Source: Octopus sinensis | Lineage: Eukaryota | Length of the DNA stretch: 64,000 nucleotides | Direction: 5' to 3' | Assembly (NCBI RefSeq): GCF_006345805.1 | Contig: NC_042999.1 | Span: 110,360,001-110,424,000, forward strand | Part shown: piece after piece, positions 54,324-64,000 of the stretch | How the letters are laid out: each line of letters begins with the position of its first letter | Position numbering within the stretch: position 1 is the stretch's first letter | Notes under the pieces: model-generated | Told to the model about the DNA's origin: nothing | Seen by the model: only the letters and a program-made list of their open reading frames with translations | The model's database searches: none | Program-made: the position numbers and the translations under genes

Positions 54324-54380
54324 TTTGAATCCTGGTGATAATGGGCTTGAGACTGTCACGTAGATATATTTCTGGATTTT
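54324..54380 (-). other. Candidate 57-nt host exon (unverified)
   Basis: CACTATTTCAG| ... AAA|GTATGA in unique sequence; open in two frames (KIQKYIYVTVSSPLSPGFK or xNPEIYLRDSLKPIITRIQ). No protein family recognised. Confidence 0.2.
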
Positions 54381-54609
54381 CTGAAATAGTGATTTGGAGG
54401 GGTATTTTTTGGTGACAGTGGTGGTGAGGTGGTGGGAATAGTTTGTTCATTCTATATCAGTCTTAACATGTTCACACATCTTCAGACATTCTCTCTATGT
54501 AACAAACTATACATATGTACACACATACTCACATACATACACATATAAATGTATATATATGTATATATATATATATATATATATGTATATACATATCTCT
54601 CTCTCTCTC

Positions 54610-54662
<53 letters not shown>

Positions 54663-55785
54663 AATGTATATGTGTGTACATATATATGTGTATATATATA
54701 TATGTGTATATATATGTGTGTGTGTGTGTGTCTATGTATATGTGTATATTTCAATGTATATTATACATGTAAGGCTATATTTAGGAAATTGAGAATTTTA
54801 TTATTCATGGAATATGTATTTTTATTTAAGGAATTGAAAGAACAATTATTCACAGTTTGAGGAATTTTACTTTTAATTCACCAATTCTTTCAGCATTTGG
54901 CCATAAAACTCTGTCTCAGAAAAATGGTATGGAAAAGTAAACATACAACATTTATGCTAATGCATCAGTGCAGGCATGGCTGTGTGGTTAGAAGTTCGCT
55001 TACTAACCATGTGGCTATAGGTTCAGTTCCACTTCATGGCATTTTGGGCAAATGTCTTCTACTGTATCCTCAAATCAACCAAAGACTTGTGAGTGGATTT
55101 GATATAGGAGAAACTGAAAAGAGCTTGTTGTTTACATCTTAATCTTTTACTTCTTTCAGTTATTCGACTGTGACCATACTGGGGCACCACCTTGAAGCAT
55201 GCGGAGTGGTTGGCCCTTCCTAATGCCAACCACATCATTTATTGTACTGAGTGATTTTAATGTGGTACCAGCACTAGTATCAATTCTGCTGTGACAAATG
55301 GGTCTTCTTGAGTACAACCAATATATATGTACATATATATATATATATATTAATATATATGATATATATATATCTATATATTATATATATATATTTGAGT
55401 AGTTGAATGAATTATCTTATTAAGGATAATTCGGAAAGATAACCGATACCTGGGTAGCAAATTCACATCATGAAGAACACGGTTGAAGCTATGTCTCTAG
55501 GGCATAGACTACTGAAAGAAGCCTGTCGTATATATGTATGTATATATGTATGTGTGTGTATATTTTTGTGTGTCTGTGTTTGTTCCCCCAACATCACTTG
55601 ACAACCAATGCTGGTGTGTTTATGTCCCCATAACTTAGTGGTTTGGCAAAAGAGACTGATAGAATAAGTACTAGGCTTACATAGGATAAGTCCTGGGGTC
55701 GATGTGATCGACTAAAGGCGGTGCTCCAGCATGGCCACAGTCAAATGATTGAAACAAGTAAAAGAGTAAAGAACATATATATATG

Positions 55786-55842
<57 letters not shown>

Positions 55843-56213
55843 AGAGAGATCCACTTATTTGTTTTGAAATCGGTTTTTCCATGCTAGCAGAATGGATTAG
55901 ATGAAAAGATTATTGAAGCACTATTTTACAGATGGATGCTTCTCCTGTCATTAATCCTTACCTATCTTCAAACACACTAATCCAGAAGATGATTTGTTGA
56001 CAAGGAAATGATAGGCTCCTGCTTGTAGTTAATCAATTTTCAAGATGTACAAATGACATATACATATCTACATATATATACATGCATATACACACAAATA
56101 TATATAAAGGTATATACATACATGCATACACACACACACACGCATATATATGATCTTTTAATCTTTTATTCCTTTGTTTCAGTCATTTTGACTGCAGCTA
56201 TGCTGAAGCACTG

Positions 56214-56248
<35 letters not shown>

Positions 56249-56553
56249 TGTATGTATGGTTTCCATCTTTCAGATTAACTCTTTACATACATTGTTTGAC
56301 CTGGAGCTAAAATTGAAAACGCTTGTCCATGGGGCCGTGTGTGCTTTGGGACTGAACCTAAAACCATGTGGTTGTCAAATGAACTTCTGAACTACATAGC
56401 AATGTCAGCACCTATACACACATACAGACAATGTATAAATATATATAAATATCTATATATGGTGTGTATATATATATATATATAATATATATATATATAG
56501 AATGGTTGTATACTATCGCCCCTATACTATACTATATTTGTGTGTGTATATAC

Positions 56554-56586
<33 letters not shown>

Positions 56587-56966
56587 TATAGAGAGAGAGA
56601 GAGAGAGAAATATATCTAGATAGATAGATTTATAAATATACATACATATATCTACATCCAAATATATGTATGTATACATACATACATACACACACACAAA
56701 CACACACAGATATATGTATGCTTGTATATATGCATATATGCATAAATATATATATATATATGTATGGCTCTGTGGTAACAGCGTTACTTCCCAACCACAT
56801 GGTTCCAGGTTCAGTCTAACAGAACAAGTACCAGGCTTAAAAAATAAGTACTGGGGTTGATTCATTCAGCTAAAATTCTTAGGTGGTGCCCCAGCATGGA
56901 CGCAATCTTATGACTGAAGCAGATAAAAGATAAAAGATATCTATCTGTCTATTTTTTCTATATCCG

Positions 56967-57046
<80 letters not shown>

Positions 57047-57060
57047 CCTACCTATCTATA

Positions 57061-57233
57061 GGCACAGGAGTGACTGTGTGGTAAGTAGCTTGCTTCCCAA
57101 CCACATAGTTCCAGGTTCAGTCCCACTGCGTGGCACCTTGGGCAAGTGTCTTCTACTATAGCCTTGGGCCAACCAAAGCTTTGTGAGCGGATTTGGTAGA
57201 TGGAAACTGAAAGAAGCCCATCGTATATATGTG

Positions 57234-57264
<31 letters not shown>

Positions 57265-57465
57265 TTGTGCTTGACCCCCAACATCGCGTGATAACCGATG
57301 TTGACGTGTTTACGTCCTTGTAACTTAGCAGTTCGACAAAAGAAACTGATAGAATAAGTACAAGGCTTACAAAGAATAAGTCCTGGGGGCGATTTGCTCG
57401 ACTAAAAGCGGTGCTCCAGCATGGTCACAGTCAAATGACTGAAACAAGAAAAAGAGTAAAAGAGT
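57061..57465 (+). mobile_element. SINE family A, full length, inserted in (TATC)n
   Basis: Complete head, core and tail. Confidence 0.85.
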
Positions 57466-57523
57466 ATCTATCTGTTTAGCTATCTATTTTTTCTATATCT
57501 TTATATCTCTTTGTCTATCTATC

Positions 57524-57566
<43 letters not shown>

Positions 57567-58422
57567 ATATATATATATGTATATATAAATGTATTATTAT
57601 TATATTATATTATATCATATTATGTTATATTATATGACATGAACACAACATATAAACATCAAAAAAACGTGGAGCACTTAGTATTTCGTAGATGCACCAA
57701 TGCTGGTGCCATCAGCATCACTATCATTTGTCATATGCTCTCTTTATTTTTTTTCATCTCTCAAGCTTTTGTCATACCCTGCAAATTTTACCAACCAAAA
57801 TTTAATAGCAGTGTGGGTCGGTTGGCATCGTTCTAAAATCAAGTTAGTGTATTTTTGCTGCATCCTGATATTTTAGAAATGCACTGACTGTCTTCGCCTC
57901 AGGCATAATTTAATTGCATTATATTAGTTTAACTACAAAGTGGAAATTAGAATTGCCGAAAGATGGATAAAGAATATAACTCTGGACTGACTTGTACACA
58001 TTTGTTCCTTCTTTGCATTTTTTTTTTTTGCTTTGTTTATATAATTTTTTTGCTTTTTCTTTGAAATCTCAATGATTGGACAGAAATTTGCTAGCTATTG
58101 TTATTGTTGTTGTTATTGCTGTTTATTTTTTTATATATATATTTTAAAGGTGTTTATTGTTGTTCATCTCGATGTTATGACTGTTGTCTATGTTGTTGTC
58201 ACTGCTGGTTTTGTATTTTTTTCCAAGATTTTATTGTTCCTGCTACTATTGCTCATCTTGTTGGTAATCTTGTTGTTGCTTGTTATTGTTATTGATATAT
58301 ATTTTTTATTGCATTTATTGTGGTTACTATTATTGCAGTTTTATGAGGATGTTTTTTGCTGTTGTCGTCATAGTTTGTATTTCTTCTTCTAATTATTATT
58401 ATTATTATTATTATTACTATTA

Positions 58423-58478
<56 letters not shown>

Positions 58479-58714
58479 GTAAGGAAGCAAGCTGGCACAT
58501 GTTAGCACACTAGACAAAATGCATAGTGGCATTTTGTCTCTTTACATTCTGAGTTCAAATTCTGCTGAGGTTGACTTTGCGTTTCATCATTTCAAGGTTG
58601 ATGAAATAATCACCAGTCAAATACTGGGTTCAATGGAATCGACTGGTTCCCTCTCCCCAAAATTTGAGGCCTTGTGCCAATTATAGAAAGACTTATTATC
58701 ATTATTATTATTGA

Positions 58715-58760
<46 letters not shown>

Positions 58761-59398
58761 GAGTGAGAGAGCAGTACACAGCATGAAAGTGACACTCTGG
58801 TACAAATATATTCAACACTGGAGTACAAAACGATTCAACACCTACTGTCAAGCAGTGATGAAGGACAAACATAACACAAAGACACACACACACACACACA
58901 AATAGACACACACTCAATTGAATATATATATGTGTGTGTGTGTATGTGTATATATATATACATATACATTCATAATACATACCTATATATACATACACAC
59001 ACACACATATATGTATGTATATATATATATATATGTATGTATATATGTATGCATGCATGTATATATGTATGTATGTATATATGTATGTATATATGTATGC
59101 ATGCATGCATGTATGTATGTATGTATTATGTATGTATGTATGTATGTATGTATGTATGTTTGTTTGTTTGTTTGTATAACTTAAAATTGAACTGCTCTCT
59201 TCAAAACTTGCACTAAGAATGAATACAAAGTAAAATTACTAACTGCTTTTATAGAAAGTTGATGCAAGGAATATATCTCAGCCCCCTCTGACTTTTAGTT
59301 CATGCAATTGAGAAAAAACGCATTATTTATGGGATGGCACAATATATACGTAACACTTATTATTAATATAAGCCAGGGTGTGTTGTGTTCCATTACTT

Positions 59399-60436
59399 AA
59401 TAAATGAAAATATGTATTGTAAAAAAGGGTAAAAAAGTACAGTGTATACTGAGTATACAACTGGATGGGAGAGAGACACAGAAGTTCCCTAATTCTTCAT
59501 CAGTTATCAACCAAATGGTATTACTCAGTTTTACACCTTCAGTGATAAGACTGAGAACTTCCCATGCTGGTGGTGTTGCAAAAGTTGTGGAGAATATAGG
59601 ACTGAAGGAAGGCTGGCCATGGATTACGTGTTACCAGCAGGCAGATATAAATAGGGATGAGAGCAAACAAAGTAATACAGAGTGGACATACGAAAGTGAA
59701 TAAATGTAATTTATGACAACAGATGAAGATGAAAGCCCACCTTCTTTCTCTCCCTCTTTCACACTGATTGCATAGTTGACTGATTATGAATTTTGTGTCT
59801 CACTGACTAGCTATTTGTTGTTTTCTAATCCTTCAGGATGTGGAGGCACATGGCTTAGTGGTTAGGGTGTCAGCATCATGATCATAAGATTGTGGTTTTG
59901 ATTCTTGGACCGGTCAACATGTTGTGTTCTTGAGCAAAACACTTCATTTCACGTTGCTCCAGTCCACTCAGCTGGTAAAAATGAGTAGCGCTGCGATGGA
60001 CTGGTGTCCCGTCCAGCTGGGGAACACATACACCATAGAAACTGGGAAACCGGGCCCATGAGCCTGGCTAGGCTTTAAAAGGGTGCATTTATTTTATTTT
60101 TAATCCTTCAAGATGCCTTCTAAGTGTTACCCACCATTCTTGTCCTTTTGACCATTTTCTATCATCTTAGATTACATTTATTCACTTTCATATGTCCATT
60201 CTGTATTGTTTTGTTTGCTCTTGGCCCTACATTCCCCACAACTTTTATGGGCACTGCCAGCATGGGAAGTTCTCAGTCTTATGATTGAAGGTGCAAAATC
60301 GGGTAGTATCATTTGGTTGATAACTGATGAAGAATTAGGGACCTTATGTGTCTGTCTCCTGTTCAGTTGTACACTCAGTATACGTTGTACATCTTTTACT
60401 GTCGTTGTTTATTTATAATACATTTTTCATTTATTA
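59399..60436. repeat. Diverged inverted repeat (arms about 59399-59707 and 60173-60436) with a SINE in the spacer
   Basis: For example, CTAATTCTTCATCAGTTATCAACCAAATG pairs with CATTTGGTTGATAACTGATGAAGAATTAG. Confidence 0.8.
59841..60100 (+). mobile_element. SINE family D with 15-bp TSD
   Basis: TAATCCTTCA(G/A)GATG at 59826-59840 and 60101-60115; tRNA-like head. Confidence 0.85.
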
Positions 60437-60462
60437 TTAAAATATATATATTATATATATAT

Positions 60463-60660
60463 ATATTGGGTCATCCCATAAATAATGCGGTTTTTCAGTT
60501 GCATGAATTAAAAGTTGGAAGTGGATGGGATAAACTACCTGCATCAATTTGTTATAAAAGTGAAGTATATCAACAGTTCAAAAAAGAAAGCAGTGAACTT
60601 AGGCTTTTATTTGCTTGGAAACTTTTGAAACACACGTCTTCGTAACTGACAAAACGGATG
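60463..60660 (+). mobile_element. Mariner-type 5' end remnant
   Basis: TA|TTGGGTCATCCCATAAATAATGCGGTTTTT resembles the TIRs of the other mariners in the window. Confidence 0.45.
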
Positions 60661-61208
60661 GTAAGAGACGATAAATGCATCTGTACAGTATTTCTAGTCT
60701 TTGTTTCCTATTTATGATATACAAAATTTAATTTATACTTTATTCAGCAAAATACAAATATACACTATTAATATCCAACACAAGTCCACATACTCAAAAG
60801 AAGAGTCTACATATTTAAACAAATGAACCAATATATCCACCTGATTAATATTGAATTCACTCATTTTTACATTTAATATTCTCATAACACTTTATTATTA
60901 TTTAAATGCACAAAGTGGGATGAAACAGGTTCAAATTCTATGGCTATTTTAGGAAATCAAATGGCTCTATCTGAGAACTATAAAATACATCAGAAGGCCT
61001 TTCTACAATCTACATAATTTCATAAAATCACAACAAAAAGTAGGTAATAATTTTACCATGACTTTATTCTTTGTGCAAGTTTTGAAAAGTGCAGTTTGAT
61101 TTTAACAGTTATTTTTTCAAAGCTATAATGGAAGCGACAAAGAAGCACCACGGATATCATTTTGGTTTATATACATATATATAAATTTAAATATATATAT
61201 ATATATAA

Positions 61209-61425
61209 AGTTAATCCAAACAAGAAAACACAGAAAAAAAGAGAAAAAAAACACAGCAATGCAGGACGTGGAACAATTAAAGTATTATTGACGCTCAGGA
61301 AAGAAGGGAAGGAGGGTTTAACGTTTCGAGCAGAGCTCTTCGTCGGAAACAAGGAGAAGGAAAGATCCCAAGAAGGGAAGACAGAGGAAAAAATATTTGA
61401 GCTGGTGGTGCTCAAGAGATCACAT
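61209..61425 (-). mobile_element. About 210-bp (TA)n-embedded element with minimal hammerhead (61316-61350)
   Basis: GUUU-CCGACGA-A-GAGC(UCU)GCUC-GAAA-CG-U-U-AAAC, with a U4>C variant. Confidence 0.75.
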
Positions 61426-61517
61426 ATATATGTGTGTGTGTTTTAAAGGTGCAAAAACTCCACAAAATATTGCTACTCAGAGTTCCTGTTTGTTGAGCAG
61501 TTGTGATCAAGAATCCC

Positions 61518-61558
61518 AACTGCCTTATGAATGGCTCATGAAACTCTGAGTAACAGTT
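61518..61558 (+). ncRNA. Degenerate minimal type I hammerhead
   Basis: AACUGC-CUUAUGA-AUG(GCU)CAU-GAAA-CUCUGAG-U-A-ACAGUU (G5>U, closing stem I mismatch). A more decayed inverted copy lies immediately upstream at about 61470-61503. Confidence 0.6.
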
Positions 61559-61669
61559 TTTTGTGATATTTTGCAATGTTTTTGTAGCTTTAATAATAAA
61601 GCAATCTACTCTACCTCCGGTGTTTTAGTACTATTTTACCCACCTTGTTTCACATGTATGTACTTACTC

Positions 61670-61709
<40 letters not shown>

Positions 61710-61737
61710 ATGATAAGGATAACTATAATTATATATA

Positions 61738-62078
61738 ATATATGCCCCATAGGACAAGATACTGTGATAGCCTGGGCTTCCGTGGCCCACAGCTCTTCAA
61801 TATCCTCCCGAAGAACCTGAGAGACCTGCATGGGGTGGATGCAGATGTCTTTAAAATGGAACTGGATCTCTTCCTTTCAGGTGTCCCAGATGAACCAACT
61901 TCACGGCAGGAGGTGCAGATGAGGGCAGCTGCATCAAACTCTCTCATGCACCAAATGGCAGTTGCTAAAAAGCTTTCGTGAAGTAAAACCAAGTAGCAAC
62001 ACCAAATGGCGGTGCCCCAGCATGGCCACAGCTCATGAGCTGAAACTAGAATCAATCAATCAATCAATCAATCAATCA
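61738..62078 (+). mobile_element. 3' end of a CR1/L2-group LINE with 3' UTR stem-loop and (ATCA)n tail
   Basis: ORF 61742-61981 (DSLGFRGPQLFNILPKNLRDL...FKMELDLFLSGVPDEP) resembles the C-terminus of this LINE group; 5'-truncated next to (TA)n. Confidence 0.75.
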
Positions 62079-62832
62079 TAACTGGGAACTGAACACGACA
62101 TCAATGCTTGCATAGCCCCATATGCACCCAGTTCAGCCAAACAGCCCACCCATCAATTTCAGCCAATTTTAATGTATAAATAATTTTTGTCTGGTATATA
62201 TATTTATAAATTAGTAAATTTGTACAGAGCCATGTAAATGGTCATGACTTCTGGGACTTGACTGATGAAAGACAGCCAAGAATGTCTTTTTTTTTGCCTG
62301 TCCTTCTTATTGTTGTTTCTCTTGTCTGCCTATCTGTCCAAACGTTTTAATACTCCCTATTGCGTCTTTGTTCCATTTTTATATATATGTATACCCTTGT
62401 GCTCACCTTATAAAAGGTATGTATCTTAATTTTGTATGACTCTTACTCTTACTCACCTAAGTCATCATCAGTATTTGAATTCATGTAGCTTTATATAGTC
62501 ACTGTTAAGTTAAAAGTTACATATACTTTTAAGTTATAAATTGTATATACATATACCATAGGCTTGTTTCAATTTCTGTCCACCAAATTCACTAGGTCTT
62601 GGTCAACCTGGAGTTACAAAAACACCTTCCCAAGGCAATATTGCTTCTCAACTACACAGCCAAGTAAAATCACACTAGTATGAATGTATTTCAATGACAA
62701 AAAAATTTTTTTAATCAAGAATTTGACTGCATTTAATGAAATAACATTTGCAGTAATTTTTGTATGAAAACCGTGTCTAGATTACACCGTAACAAAATTA
62801 CAGTGGAAAATCTTAAACTTAAGAAACAGTGA

Positions 62833-63270
62833 TTAGATAAATAAAAAAGAGGTCACAATGTAGACCTTGATATACAAAAATGATAGGATGGGCACAGCAG
62901 GAATACTGTTGATAAAAACTTTGCTCAATCAGGATTGATCTACAGATCAGCAATAACAAGTGAGAGTCCCAGAAACCAATTAAATAAAAAAAAAGGAAAC
63001 ACAATGTAGTCTTTAATATACAAAATATGATAGGATGGACACAGCTGGAGCACTTTTGATAAAAACTTAGCTCAATGAGGACTGATTTTTAGTTCAACAC
63101 TAACAAGTGAGAATTCCCAAAACTGATTAAATAAAGAAGGGGCACAATACAGCCCTTGATATACAAAATATGATAGGATTGTCATAGCTGGAGCACTTTC
63201 AATAAAAACTCTGTTCAATCAGGACCGATTTAAAGTTGAAGAATAACAAGCGAGAATCCCAGAAAATATT
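62833..63270. repeat. Three diverged tandem copies of a 143-147-bp unit
   Basis: TGATAGGAT at 62881, 63028 and 63171, with shared ATAAAAACT..CTCAAT and TAACAAG(T/C)GAGA motifs. Confidence 0.85.
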
Positions 63271-63846
63271 TCATGGCACTAACATAAATAGTATTCTGAT
63301 TCCAAGAATTCTGACAACTCCTTGAACTCCACCTCATATATCCACCACTGTTTTCTGGAAGAAAGCAAACATATTAGCATAAGCTTAAATATGATGGTCC
63401 TTCTTTTCTGCACCCTCTCTCTCACCATATGAGACCATTCTTATTTTCTTGAAGGTTCTAATCAAACCAGAGAAAGACATTTGTTAGGGAAAAATCTGTG
63501 CAAGACATGTCATAAATCCTTGTATGTAAAACTCTGTTGACTAAAGGAAGTTTTTGGTATTTGTCATATTCCTCATTTTCGGTAGAAATAACTCTCTAGT
63601 TACTAATACTAGATCAAAACAAAAACAAAAACAAAAGCAAACAAATATACACATGTGTGTTTATGTGCATTGTATGTGTGTCTGTTTTTGTGTATATATA
63701 TATACATTTATATATGTGATATATATTTGTGTGTGTGTATATATATAAGCACATATACTTATATATATGTATATATATATTATATATATATATATAGGTA
63801 GAGAGAGGTATATATATATGTATATATATGTATGTGTAAATATATA

Positions 63847-63888
<42 letters not shown>

Positions 63889-64000
63889 ATATGTGTGTGT
63901 GTGTGTATATATATATGCACATACATGCATATATATATGTATATGTATGTACGAGTATATATGTAGAGAGAAAGATGTAGAGGTGGAGTAGATGAATCAT

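Noticed and set aside
4400-60100. tRNA genes suggested by A/B-box motifs
   Set aside because: All lie in SINE heads with no complete cloverleaf.
60290-60345. CTGATGA within the 59.4-60.4-kb inverted repeat as a hammerhead
   Set aside because: No properly placed GAAA or stem III.
62255-62300. CTGATGA followed by a hairpin
   Set aside because: GAAA and the 3' half are missing.
726-64000. Most ORFs in the supplied track ([12 protein letters not shown], poly-T/V/N/I peptides)
   Set aside because: They are translations of microsatellites or SINE bodies that lack stop codons because of their composition.

Overview
Very AT-rich, microsatellite-dense eukaryotic DNA with no recognisable intact protein-coding gene. 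The repeat families (tRNA-headed SINEs with microsatellite cores, (TA)n-embedded Penelope-like tails) look like those of an octopus genome; this is an inference from recognising the repeats, not a database result. Nearly all ORFs in the supplied track are translations of simple repeats or SINEs. Supportable content: dozens of SINE copies from at least 4-5 families; four decayed Tc1/mariner elements plus smaller remnants and MITEs; a Penelope-like RT-thumb/GIY-YIG fragment; and LINE 3' fragments. The most striking signal is hidden in non-coding repeat tails. About ten minimal type I hammerhead-ribozyme motifs from about six sequence families occur in short elements embedded in (TA)n tracts. One of them (27246-27288, minus strand) has a fully canonical core. 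Several long fold-back hairpins turn exactly at the hammerhead core or stem II. Other points: a near-perfect 77-bp-arm palindrome built from two SINE tails, a LINE/SINE shared 3' stem-loop with compensatory changes, and a 6.3-kb-spaced duplication bounded by splice-like signals (possible duplicated microexon). The window is most likely intronic or intergenic; candidate host exons are low confidence.
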